Origin: an uncultured Desulfatitalea sp.
Lineage (GTDB): Bacteria > Desulfobacterota > Desulfobacteria > Desulfobacterales > Desulfosarcinaceae
Length of the DNA: 64,000 nt
Direction of reading: 5' to 3'
Assembly: GCA_963668675.2 (NCBI GenBank)
Contig: CAXXMB010000001.1
Coordinates: 896,001 to 960,000, forward strand
Part shown: positions 30,395-40,220 of the stretch, in pieces
How the letters are laid out: each line of letters opens with the position of its first letter
Numbering within the stretch: the stretch's first letter is position 1
Position numbers and translations under genes: made by a program
Notes under the pieces: generated by a model
Databases searched by the model: none
The model's input: the letters and a program-made list of their open reading frames with translations, nothing else
What the model was told of the DNA's origin: nothing

Positions 30395-30520
30395 CGCTTA
30401 AATGCATGATTGTCGCGGTCCATAAAATAGCGCGCCCGATAGGCGGTCAAATTCGGCATTCCATCTGAAGGAACGGCACCCTTGCGCAGCAGTGCATCAG
30501 GATACCACTGCAGCAAATGA
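30391..30520 (-). pseudogene. Internally deleted relic of the 3' part of the 31666-32625 gene
   Basis: 30391-30452 matches 31666-31727 and 30453-30520 matches 32028-32095. Confidence 0.85.
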
Positions 30521-31669
30521 ATGGGCATCTGCCTCAGCTGTTTGTGTCAGGATCAAGTCCTGATAGCTGCGGCACTGGGAAGCGAGGCCATGCAGCCCGC
30601 CTTTAGTGTATAGATCGATGCGACTTTGAATCTCGTTTATCTGCTGCTTGCTTATGCATGCCTGATAGTCAAAGGTTACACCTTGGCGGCGATCCAATTT
30701 TTGGACCACACAGACGAATGACCATCGGCAGATCATCGGCGCCATGTAAACCACCCGCACATCGGCCAAGAGATCGAAAATGCGCTGCAGGCTCGATCGG
30801 GTGAACACATGTTTGTGGGTTTTGTCCAGGCGAAGGGTGTCGCAAACCTCGTCGTCGGGAACCACCATGCCGAGGATACCCCCCGGTCTGAGGACGCGTA
30901 TCCACTCCTGCAGCGCTTTGAGTGGATCCTGGTAGTGTTCGAGGTTGTGTCTCTGAATCACATAATCGAGGCTTTCGTCTTCGAAAACAGTGAGATCATC
31001 GCCCGAGCAGACGATGTCCGCCTGGCTGCTTTTGTTGAACACATTGTTGGCAGTGGTGAGTTTTTCCCCTTTGGCCGCCAGGTCCACACCAATCGCATCG
31101 GGATGGGTCTTGCGATGGCCGCACCCCACGTCGATCCCCCTGCCCTGACAGAGGGGATAGAGCGCCATCCTCTCCGGATGATGCTCATCGGTGAGGAACC
31201 GGTTCAGCAGCTTCATCACGAAATCGTCCTCGTTGATCTGGATGGCAGTCCACCAGTGGCTATTGGCACGACTGATCAATCCCAATGTAAAATCGGTGAT
31301 GCCGGCATAAACGTGCAACCAGAAATCGTCTGGAAAAAGGGCTTCCGCCTTGGAAAAACAGATCGCGGTGTCTGAGACGTGCCCATCCAGGAGGTGGCAC
31401 ATGGCTCCGTTGAAGAGGGCGCTGAATGCATGACCGTTCTGACCATGGTTCAACCTTTCGAATACCCGGGAGGCCTCCTCCAGCTCTCCCCGAGCCGCCA
31501 GTTCAAACGCATCGCGCCACTCCTTGGACAACAGCTCGTCCGTTTCGGGATGTGCCTGCCGGAAGTCTGCATAGGCCTGTTCGAAATTGTATTCGATTCG
31601 GAATGGGATCGCTTTTTCCAGTTCATCTTTTAGCCTCAAAATGATCATTGCCTCCTGTCTCATGATCAA
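30497..31669 (-). CDS. TPR-like + SAM methyltransferase (truncated duplicate of 28142-30394)
   Basis: Highly similar to the first ~370 aa of the 750-aa protein; lacks the GT4 domain. Confidence 0.8.
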   Translation of the reverse strand: MIMRQEAMIILRLKDELEKAIPFRIEYNFEQAYADFRQAHPETDELLSKEWRDAFELAARGELEEASRVFERLNHGQNGHAFSALFNGAMCHLLDGHVSDTAICFSKAEALFPDDFWLHVYAGITDFTLGLISRANSHWWTAIQINEDDFVMKLLNRFLTDEHHPERMALYPLCQGRGIDVGCGHRKTHPDAIGVDLAAKGEKLTTANNVFNKSSQADIVCSGDDLTVFEDESLDYVIQRHNLEHYQDPLKALQEWIRVLRPGGILGMVVPDDEVCDTLRLDKTHKHVFTRSSLQRIFDLLADVRVVYMAPMICRWSFVCVVQKLDRRQGVTFDYQACISKQQINEIQSRIDLYTKGGLHGLASQCRSYQDLILTQTAEADAHSFAAVVS

Positions 31670-32625
31670 CGCATAAATGCATGATTGACGCGGTCGATAA
31701 AATAGCGCGCCCGATGGGTGGTCAAATGGTGACTCAGGAGGTGATGACGCCCCATGGGAATCATCGAACGGTCACCCCCATCCGTTTCCAGCACACGATC
31801 GAGTTTGAGGCGCAATTCATGGGCATGCTCGAATATCAACAGGTGCAGATCTTCCCTGAACGCATCAGGCATGAACAGGGGGGATCTTTGGCTGGCGTGA
31901 ATACTGTTGCAGGCGGCATTCTCCCAAAAACGGAAGGTGTCCCATCCGGCACCCGGAAGGCTTAGGACAGTGCGACACTGCTGCAGGTGCTGATAGTACA
32001 AATCCCTCCCCATTCTACCATCGGGCATCGGCGTCTCATCTGAAGGAACGGCTGTCGTGTGCAGCAGTGCATCGGGATACCACTGCAGCAATTGATCGGC
32101 CAACCGTTTGCGTTCATCATCCTGCGTGCTGCCAAGGAATCCGATGGTGTGCTGTTTCGGCAACTGATCATACCCTGTGATCCAGTTGAAAATCTCTTCG
32201 GGAAGCGACATGGGAAGCGGTATGCTGTGGTCCGTACCGTCGGTCTCCCTTCGGAAAAGCGCATATTGCCCGGGGGGGATGGGGCGCGCCTGATCTTCCC
32301 CATCGATGATCGCCAGACGTTGGGATGGCCGGTTGAATTGCAAGGTGTAAGTGGGCAGCGACCTGTAGTCGCATACAATCAGGTCGAAATGACCGGTCAT
32401 GACCTTGGCTTCCAGATCATCGCGATCCACCTTTCCGTCATCATGGGGAAACCACCCCGGACAGAGTTGGTCCTCAGTACATACGCCAAGCCCCAATGTG
32501 CCCTCATAGAGGCAATCCTTGCGTGGAAAGTCGACCACGTCCGGACCGAGCAGCTTTCTCAAACCATGAAGCAACAGGTCCGGGACGTAGTTGGGATAGG
32601 GGTTGGTGAGGAAAAGAATTCTCAA
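31666..32625 (-). CDS. Putative glycosyltransferase (GT-B/CgeB-like)
   Basis: RILFLTNPYPNY, IIDGED, SLPGAGWDTFRFWE; TTG start overlaps the upstream stop (TTGA). Confidence 0.65.
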   Translation of the reverse strand: MRILFLTNPYPNYVPDLLLHGLRKLLGPDVVDFPRKDCLYEGTLGLGVCTEDQLCPGWFPHDDGKVDRDDLEAKVMTGHFDLIVCDYRSLPTYTLQFNRPSQRLAIIDGEDQARPIPPGQYALFRRETDGTDHSIPLPMSLPEEIFNWITGYDQLPKQHTIGFLGSTQDDERKRLADQLLQWYPDALLHTTAVPSDETPMPDGRMGRDLYYQHLQQCRTVLSLPGAGWDTFRFWENAACNSIHASQRSPLFMPDAFREDLHLLIFEHAHELRLKLDRVLETDGGDRSMIPMGRHHLLSHHLTTHRARYFIDRVNHAFMR

Positions 32626-33356
32626 AACGCCTGCCCCTTTTCGCTGCCGAACCATTTTTGTTTGAACTTTATTCGATTGGCCTGAAGTAGTTTGTTGCGA
32701 TAGACAGTTTTGTCGAAATAGCAAATGGGAACATTTTCCCGGCCGGCCGAGATGCCCCACTCATGTTCAAACGCAGTCACCGGAACGGTATAGCAGGCCA
32801 GACCGGCCTTCATCACCTGCACACCCATATCCCACTCCTCCATAAAGCAGGGGCTGTAGCGAACATCGAAACTCAATTTGTGTTCGGCAAAGCGCTGCAT
32901 ATGAATAGCAAACAAAAAGCCGGACACATCGTGAGTGCGCAACGGCGCATCGAAGGTCCCCTTTTGAAAATATTGGATGACCCGCATATGGGTAAAATCG
33001 ACATATGCCCCCTGTGGGGCAACCAGCACAGCCTTCGGCAGGTGATAGAGGTAGTGCTCAAGCTGCATTACGGCTGTCTGTTCGATATGCAGGTCCGAGT
33101 TGAGGACAAATACCGTTTTGGCCTCGGAGAGGTTCAGTCCCATGTTCCAGGAGCGACTTACGCCGGCATTGGTTTTGTTGTAGGCGTACTTGTCAATGCG
33201 GGGATGGTGCCGCATTCGTTTAAAAACAGTTTCACTGTTGAAGATGCAGATCACTTCGCCCGGGATGCTGCTCAGATCTTCCAACAGTGTCTCGATATTG
33301 TAGCGGTCACTCTCGCCCAGTTTCAATATCGGTATCACAAAACTGCGTTCCGCCAT
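32622..33356 (-). CDS. Glycosyltransferase family 2
   Basis: SFVIP, NAGVSRSWNMG, LNSD, FMEEWD. Confidence 0.8.
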   Translation of the reverse strand: MAERSFVIPILKLGESDRYNIETLLEDLSSIPGEVICIFNSETVFKRMRHHPRIDKYAYNKTNAGVSRSWNMGLNLSEAKTVFVLNSDLHIEQTAVMQLEHYLYHLPKAVLVAPQGAYVDFTHMRVIQYFQKGTFDAPLRTHDVSGFLFAIHMQRFAEHKLSFDVRYSPCFMEEWDMGVQVMKAGLACYTVPVTAFEHEWGISAGRENVPICYFDKTVYRNKLLQANRIKFKQKWFGSEKGQAF

Positions 33357-33414
33357 CGATTGTCTCCGAATCTTTAAGAATTCTCCTCAAAGGCATCTGT
33401 CGATGACCCTTTTC

Positions 33415-33430
33415 TGCAAGAGGTAGGCCA
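33415..33430 (-). promoter_or_regulatory. sigma54 promoter for the leftward GT operon
   Basis: Minus strand TGGCCTACCTCTTGCA. Confidence 0.7.
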
Positions 33431-33803
33431 ATCACCGGACGTCTTTCATTTAAGTCGGATCGATCAAGCCCCTTGTTATAGGCGATATCCGGCAGGGCAA
33501 AGCAAAGGGTTGTCATGAAAGAGGTTGTGAGACGCTATCTTCACGTGGGCGCCCCGGTGGATCATAAAAGGCCACCGTCGAATTAAGAAAGCCGCTTAAA
33601 AAAACGCCAATATTTTGACTGATCTTCCCCATCGAAGCGGCATTTTACCGCTTCATAATCCGGCGTGCCTCTCCTTACACCCGTTGCCGTTTGATAATTT
33701 TTATGACGTGGGAAATGAAAATTGCGTTTGAATTAAGGCACGTATGCGTTTCTGATGGGGACGCATTTCCGAATCCACCCAGCGTTCAACCCCTGCCGGC
33801 TTA

Positions 33804-33819
33804 AGGCATAGGAATTGCT
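33804..33819 (+). promoter_or_regulatory. sigma54 promoter for the rightward TPR-GT genes
   Basis: AGGCATAGGAATTGCT. Confidence 0.7.
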
Positions 33820-33855
33820 AAAAGCTATGGTGTTTCCAATAGCCTCGGGCCAGGC

Positions 33856-36800
33856 ATGAAGATCTTGAAACCTAAGAGAGATGCCTTTCAACAGGGACGA
33901 ATGAACATCGAAGCGCTAAATGTCGAAAACAGAGGTGATCTGGTCAACGCCATCCAACTGTTCCAATCGGGGGCTGTGGACCAGGCAATGCACATCTGTC
34001 ACCATCTGCTGGCACACAATCCGAACCATCCGGATGCCCATCAGTTGATGGGCTTGATTGAATTGGAACGTGGTCGTTTCTCGGCGGCCCACTCCCGATT
34101 GGCGCAAGCGCTTTCGATCGCTCCGGACCGTGCGGAGTTCCATAACGACATGGGACTGATCCTGATGGCCATGGAGCACTACGACGAGGCCGTGGCCTCC
34201 TTCCGGGCAGCATTGGACGTCGAACCGAAAATGGTGGGTGCCCATTACAATCGAGGCCTCGCCCACAAAGCGCTGGACAACCACCCTGCAGCAGTCAGAT
34301 CATTTATTGCCACCTTGCGATATGATCCCGTGCATCCAAAAGCGCACTTCAGTCTGGGAGACCTTTTGCTGGCCAGACGGGAATTCGAGGGTGCTGAAAG
34401 GCATCTTCGGTCAGCAATCAGAAGCAACCCGAAATATGTTGCCGCATACAACCACCTGGCCATCTGTTTAAGCGAACAGGAGCGGGTCGAAGAGGCCCGT
34501 CGGCTGCTCTATCAGGCACTGGAGATCGATCCTCTCTGTGCCGCCACCCACTGCAATCTCGGCAATCTGGCACGGCAATCCCATGATTTTAAAGAGGCGA
34601 TCCGGCGATATATGGAGGCGGTGCGGTTGCAACCTGACTTTATCGAGGCTCATTTCAATCTAAGTGTGGTTCTGTTGCTTCTGGGAGACTTTGAATCGGG
34701 TTGGCCGGAATACGAGTGGCGCCTGCGCCTCTTCTCCGCAGGCAGCGGCTACCCCAATCGACATGGCCTGCCACTGTGGAGGGGCCAATCCCTCAAAGGC
34801 AAAACGATCCTGGTTTACGACGAACAAGGTTTCGGCGATGTCTTCATGTCCAGCCGCTACCTGCCAATACTGAAAGCCCGGGGCGCCCGGGTGGTGTTCG
34901 AGACCAGGACCGCCCTATTCGATCTGTTTGAAAAGATGCCCTATATCGACGAAACAACCCTTCGCCATACAGAACAGCCTCCTGCGTTCAGATGCGACTA
35001 TTGTATCCCCTTGTTAAGCCTTCCTGGGCGATTAGGCACCGCACAGGAGAGCATCAGATTTGATGCGCCCTATCTCTTCGCCAATGCGCTAAAATCCAAA
35101 CAGTGGGGCCGCAAAATGCCCGGTGATGGCTGGAAAATAGGATTGGTTTGGCAAGGATCGAAATCCGACCGTACAAGACGATGGGTAGACCTCGATATGT
35201 TATCGAAACTATCTCATCTAAAAGGAGTCCAATGGTATGGATTGCAGAAGGAGCATTCTCCTCTTTCAAACGGACGGGATGACTGGCTGATCCAACTGGG
35301 TGCTGACTTCAACGATTTCTCCGACACCGCCGCCGCCATCGCCAACCTGGACCTGGTCATCACTATCGACACAGCCGTTGCCCATCTGGCCGGCGCCATG
35401 GGAAAACAGGTGTGGGTGTTGCTGCCCTTTGTGCCGGACTGGCGATGGTTTCTCGACGATGAGACGACGCCCTGGTATGCCGGCATGCGGCTCTATCGCC
35501 AACCTGCATCGGGGGATTGGGATACGCCGATCACCGCTCTCATTAATGATCTGAAAGCGTGGATGGAGCGCCGAAATTGTCGTGTACCAGACGAATCGAT
35601 TCAATCTTTGCAAGCGAACGCACTTGAACTGCACCGCAAACACGCTTTACCGGAGGCGGAGTCGCTCTACTGCGAGCTATTGGCCATCGCCCCGGAGCAT
35701 CATGGTGCGGCCGCCAGTCTCGGCTTGCTCTATCTGCAGGCCGGCCGCTACGATGATGCGGTCGAGACCCTGCAGCGGACCATGCGTTTAAAACCCGATG
35801 ACGCGCTCTCTATGAATAACCTGGGCCTTGCGTTTCATCGCTTGGGTCATCTTGAGCGCGCGGTGTTGGTTTACTTCAGCGCCATTGCCGTTAATCCCGA
35901 CTATGCCAACACCTATCACAACCTTGGCAATGTGTTCCTGGATATGCAGGATATGGAGGCCACCATCGTCTGCTATGCCAAAGCGCTCGACCTTAACCCC
36001 CAGGATGCCCGGGCCCAGTGCGAAATGGGAAAACTGCTTCTGAAAAAGCTGGATCTGGCCGGTGCACGCACCCACTTTCAGCGATCGATTGATCTTTCGC
36101 CCGAAGACATAGAGGCAAGAGTAAGTCTGGCCACAACCGCACTGATGCAGGGCGATTTCAGTACAGGCTGGCACCACTACCAATGGCGTTTCAAAGCACG
36201 GGAGACGCGGAATCAGACCTACCCCCATCGATTCGAGCTGCCCCTTTGGCGGGGAGAGCCGTTTCCCGGCAAACGGCTGCTGGTCCACTGTGAACAGGGA
36301 TTTGGTGACACCATCCAATTTTCGCGCTTTCTCCCCCAGGTCAAAGCGCTTGGCGGCGAGGTGACGTTTCAACTCCAAGCCCAATTGCGGCCCCTCTTTC
36401 GTCATTTTCCGGGTGTTGACAGCCTGGATCTGCTTGCCGATGAGCAAACCAGCAAAATTTCTGCCGATCTGTATGTTCCGCTAATGGATCTTCCCCTCTG
36501 TCTTGGTGTCACACTGGAGACGATTCCAGCAAAGCCTTCCTATCTCGAACCCGACCGCAACCGAATCATCCAGTGGCGAGGCCGTATCGGGGCTGCCCGT
36601 TTCAAAATCGGTGTGGTTTGGGCCGGCAACCGCCACCATATCAATGACCACAACCGATCCTGCCGCCTCGAAGATATGCGTTTCATCGGAGAGTATGATC
36701 GGGTGATGATTTTCAGCCTTCAGAAAGATGTCACTGAATCGGACCGCCAAATCATCTCCCGTCAGTCGGCCTTCACACATATAGGGGATGCCTTGAACGA

Positions 36801-37062
36801 TTTCGGCGATACGGCAGCGGCCATCGCCTGTCTTGATCTGGTCATCACTGTGGATACCGCTATTGCGCACCTTGCCGGCGCCATGGGCAAACCCACGTGG
36901 GTGTTACTGCCCTATCTTCCGGACTGGCGCTGGATGACCGCACGGGACGATTCTCCCTGGTACCCCACGATGCGCCTGTTCCGCCAACCCGCAGCAGGGA
37001 AATGGGGCCCTGTCATGGACGCCGTCCGACAAGCCCTTGAAGAGGAACTCGACGGTGTCTGA
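33856..37062 (+). CDS. Double-module TPR-glycosyltransferase
   Basis: Two complete [TPR array + EQGFGD...AHLAGAMG...DWRW...PWY] modules. Confidence 0.88.
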   Translation: MKILKPKRDAFQQGRMNIEALNVENRGDLVNAIQLFQSGAVDQAMHICHHLLAHNPNHPDAHQLMGLIELERGRFSAAHSRLAQALSIAPDRAEFHNDMGLILMAMEHYDEAVASFRAALDVEPKMVGAHYNRGLAHKALDNHPAAVRSFIATLRYDPVHPKAHFSLGDLLLARREFEGAERHLRSAIRSNPKYVAAYNHLAICLSEQERVEEARRLLYQALEIDPLCAATHCNLGNLARQSHDFKEAIRRYMEAVRLQPDFIEAHFNLSVVLLLLGDFESGWPEYEWRLRLFSAGSGYPNRHGLPLWRGQSLKGKTILVYDEQGFGDVFMSSRYLPILKARGARVVFETRTALFDLFEKMPYIDETTLRHTEQPPAFRCDYCIPLLSLPGRLGTAQESIRFDAPYLFANALKSKQWGRKMPGDGWKIGLVWQGSKSDRTRRWVDLDMLSKLSHLKGVQWYGLQKEHSPLSNGRDDWLIQLGADFNDFSDTAAAIANLDLVITIDTAVAHLAGAMGKQVWVLLPFVPDWRWFLDDETTPWYAGMRLYRQPASGDWDTPITALINDLKAWMERRNCRVPDESIQSLQANALELHRKHALPEAESLYCELLAIAPEHHGAAASLGLLYLQAGRYDDAVETLQRTMRLKPDDALSMNNLGLAFHRLGHLERAVLVYFSAIAVNPDYANTYHNLGNVFLDMQDMEATIVCYAKALDLNPQDARAQCEMGKLLLKKLDLAGARTHFQRSIDLSPEDIEARVSLATTALMQGDFSTGWHHYQWRFKARETRNQTYPHRFELPLWRGEPFPGKRLLVHCEQGFGDTIQFSRFLPQVKALGGEVTFQLQAQLRPLFRHFPGVDSLDLLADEQTSKISADLYVPLMDLPLCLGVTLETIPAKPSYLEPDRNRIIQWRGRIGAARFKIGVVWAGNRHHINDHNRSCRLEDMRFIGEYDRVMIFSLQKDVTESDRQIISRQSAFTHIGDALNDFGDTAAAIACLDLVITVDTAIAHLAGAMGKPTWVLLPYLPDWRWMTARDDSPWYPTMRLFRQPAAGKWGPVMDAVRQALEEELDGV

Positions 37063-40000
37063 AAACAGCCGATTGATTGAAGATGCCGAACGCTTCGTTG
37101 CCGAGGGACAATGGCAGGCGGCAGCCCGCGCCTACGAGCAGTTGTCCGCGATCCACTCCTCCGAACCGGAAGTCTACTATCTGCACGGTCGGGTGCTCAT
37201 GGAGATGACTCAGTGGCAGGCGGCGTTGGGAAAGTTCGAACACGCTTTGGCCATCAGTGCGACAGAACCGCGCTATCATCTGGGCCGCGGAGACACCCTT
37301 CAGGCCATGGGTGCACTGCAAAAAGCATCGGATGCATATCGCCATGCGCTGACGCTGGCCCCGGACGATGGCGTTGCCATGGTTAATCTGGGCAATGTGA
37401 TGCACCAACAGGGAGATCTCTTGGCAGCTCTCGATTGGTTTGGTCGCGCCCTCAGGCTCGATCCGTCGAACCTCAAAGCGATGAACAACCTCGGCAAGAC
37501 ATTCCAGGACATGGGCGATCTGCGACGGGCAAGGATCTGGTATGACAAAGCCTTGGCCATTTCCCCCCACTATGCCGAAGCGCGTTTTAACCGCTCAACG
37601 GCAATGCTGGCGACCGGTGACTATATTAATGGATGGCGCGAATACGAGTGGCGCTTTCGGCGCAAATCAGCACGCCGCGTATACCCCCACCGCCTTCGTG
37701 GGCCACGATGGGACGCAACACCATTCCATGGCAAACGTCTGCTGGTCCACTGCGAGCAGGGGTTTGGAGATGTCATCCAGTTCTGTCGCTATCTGCCAGC
37801 TGTCAAAAAACGGGGAGGGACATTGATTTTAGAGGTTCACACGCCGTTGGTGCCGCTTCTGCAGGGCATGACTGCCGTGGACCGGGTCATTGCTTTTGAC
37901 AACCGGCGGCCTACGACGCATGAATACGATATTCATATCCCTTTGATGAGCCTTCCGTTGCTGCTGGGCACTACCTTGGAGAGCATTCCATCACAGATTC
38001 CCTATTTAAACCCATCACCTTCCATGCGGTCGCAGTGGCAGCGCCGCTCGGCTGAACATCTTGATCGCTCTGTCGGAATCGTCTGGTCCGGAAGCGCCAC
38101 CGATCCGCACCGTTCATGCCCGATGGAGTCGGTCATCCAACTGTGCTCCTCAGTCGCTGGTATTCGCTTTTTCAGCCTGCAGAAAGAGTTGCCGGAGGGG
38201 GTCACCGAAGATAAGCTCAGCGAGGCAGGAATCACCCATTGGGGAGAACGATTGAGCGACTTCGATGCCACCGCCGCAGCCATATCCCAGCTCGACCTGG
38301 TGATCTCCATCGACACGGCCACTGCACACCTTGCAGGTGCAATGGGCAAGCCGCTGTGGTTGCTTTTGCCACATGTCTCTGACTGGCGCTGGCTTCAAGA
38401 CCGTGACGACAGCCCCTGGTATCCAACGGCTCGCCTTTTTCGCCAACCGACAAAAGATGATTGGGCGGGAATGCTTCCCGCTGTCATCGAGGCGCTGCGC
38501 CATAAGTTTCCAACATCGGCCGAACATTGCCCCGCACCAATTGAAGCAACAACGGATCATCACGCGACTGGAAATCGACTTGCGAAACACGGTGATGTTG
38601 AGGAGGCGATCAAATCGTATCAGCTCGCCCTCATCGAGAGGCCCGAATGTGCCCAGACCCAATTTCAAATGGGTTGTGCGCTTCATCGACTCAATCGGTT
38701 CGATTCCGCCATCTCCGCTTATCAAAAAGCAGTGGATAGAGATCCAACCGTAGAGGCGGCCCATCGAAACATGGGGCTCGCCTGTTATCAAACCGGGCGT
38801 CTGCACGAGGCCGTCGACCATTATCAACAGGCATTGAAGCTGAATCCTGATGCCGTGGATCTATTGATCACCCTGGGCTCCCTCTACGCTCGATCCCAAA
38901 TACCGAAAAAAGCGGAGGCTTTTTATCGGCGTGCCCTCGAGGTCGAGCCAAACAGCCTCTCCGCCCGCTATAATCTTGGCAATTTATGGCTCGACCAGGG
39001 CCGCTTGGCGTCTGCGGCGCAGACCTACCAACTGGTTCTCGATCGCAATCCACGGCACTTGAAATCACTCTGCAATATGGGTCGTGCGTTGCACCGACTG
39101 GGCCGTCTTCAGGAGGCGCTGACCGCTTACGATCGTGGCTTGGCTATCGATCCCCTCCATGCGGAGTTGAGATTCAATCGTGCCATCACCCTTCTCCTCG
39201 CTGGCGAGTGGAAGGCGGCATGGCCCGATTACGAATGGCGCTTCAAATGCCACAACCGCCATCGCATCTATCCTCATCAGCTGAGCGGGCAACGGTGGCA
39301 AGGAGAGCCCTTTCAGGGAAAGACCCTTCTGATACACGCCGAACAGGGATTGGGCGATGCCATTCAATATGTGCGATATATGCCGGAAGTAAAAGCGCGC
39401 GGAGGAGAGGTCGTATTGGAGACGCATCCATCGTTGGTGCGTCTGTTCGAGCGAGTGGAAGCCATCGATCGGCTCGAGGTGCTTTCGCCCCAACAGCCTC
39501 CCGGGGTGCGATATGATCTCTTCGTCCCTATGTGCAGCCTATCCGGCATCTTGGACGAAACCCCCTTGGACACACCATCAACATCACCCTATCTCTCTGT
39601 TGAAGCGAGTGAGGTCAAGACGTGGCGCTCCCGATTGCCTTCGCACGGCATCAATATCGGCATCGTATGGGCTGGCAGCGACACCTATCCCGAACGCACC
39701 TGCAGCCTCGATGACTTTTCAGCACTGGCGGATCTCCCTGATATCAACTGGATTGGATTGCAAAAAGGGCCGTCCGCCTCACAGGCCGACGCGGCAAATG
39801 CTCCTCCGGGTTTAGATATCTGCAACTGGGGTGAGGACTTTTCAGATTTCAGGGAGACGGCCGCTGCTATATCGTCCCTCGACCTGGTGATCTCAATTGA
39901 CACCTCCGTCGCACATTTGGCGGGCGCATTGGGAAGACAGACCTTTCTGTTGCTGCCTGAGGTACCGGACTGGCGCTGGCTGCTGAATAGCACCACATCG

Positions 40001-40126
40001 CACTGGTACAACGGGATGAAGCTGTTTCGCCAGCGCCGGCAAGGTGATTGGCGTTCGGTTATGCTTCAGGTCATGGAGGAGTTGGCCTTGCTTTATGGCA
40101 GTCTCGCCGTCTCGCCAATGCTTTAA
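37037..40126 (+). CDS. Double-module TPR-glycosyltransferase
   Basis: Two complete TPR+GT modules; start probably the GTG at 37055. Confidence 0.88.
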   Translation: MKRNSTVSENSRLIEDAERFVAEGQWQAAARAYEQLSAIHSSEPEVYYLHGRVLMEMTQWQAALGKFEHALAISATEPRYHLGRGDTLQAMGALQKASDAYRHALTLAPDDGVAMVNLGNVMHQQGDLLAALDWFGRALRLDPSNLKAMNNLGKTFQDMGDLRRARIWYDKALAISPHYAEARFNRSTAMLATGDYINGWREYEWRFRRKSARRVYPHRLRGPRWDATPFHGKRLLVHCEQGFGDVIQFCRYLPAVKKRGGTLILEVHTPLVPLLQGMTAVDRVIAFDNRRPTTHEYDIHIPLMSLPLLLGTTLESIPSQIPYLNPSPSMRSQWQRRSAEHLDRSVGIVWSGSATDPHRSCPMESVIQLCSSVAGIRFFSLQKELPEGVTEDKLSEAGITHWGERLSDFDATAAAISQLDLVISIDTATAHLAGAMGKPLWLLLPHVSDWRWLQDRDDSPWYPTARLFRQPTKDDWAGMLPAVIEALRHKFPTSAEHCPAPIEATTDHHATGNRLAKHGDVEEAIKSYQLALIERPECAQTQFQMGCALHRLNRFDSAISAYQKAVDRDPTVEAAHRNMGLACYQTGRLHEAVDHYQQALKLNPDAVDLLITLGSLYARSQIPKKAEAFYRRALEVEPNSLSARYNLGNLWLDQGRLASAAQTYQLVLDRNPRHLKSLCNMGRALHRLGRLQEALTAYDRGLAIDPLHAELRFNRAITLLLAGEWKAAWPDYEWRFKCHNRHRIYPHQLSGQRWQGEPFQGKTLLIHAEQGLGDAIQYVRYMPEVKARGGEVVLETHPSLVRLFERVEAIDRLEVLSPQQPPGVRYDLFVPMCSLSGILDETPLDTPSTSPYLSVEASEVKTWRSRLPSHGINIGIVWAGSDTYPERTCSLDDFSALADLPDINWIGLQKGPSASQADAANAPPGLDICNWGEDFSDFRETAAAISSLDLVISIDTSVAHLAGALGRQTFLLLPEVPDWRWLLNSTTSHWYNGMKLFRQRRQGDWRSVMLQVMEELALLYGSLAVSPML

Positions 40127-40156
40127 TTGATAAAACAGATAGCGCAGATCAGGGAT

Positions 40157-40172
40157 TGGCCTGAATTTTGCT
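40157..40172 (+). promoter_or_regulatory. sigma54 promoter
   Basis: TGGCCTGAATTTTGCT. Confidence 0.75.
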
Positions 40173-40220
40173 GTGCTTTAAACCAATTGCATTAATTCAT
40201 TAATAGAAAGAGATCATACC

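Noticed and set aside
32626..32760. Longer start for the 364-aa GT ORF
   Set aside because: It would overlap the GT2 gene by about 140 bp; a coupled TTG start at 32625 is simpler
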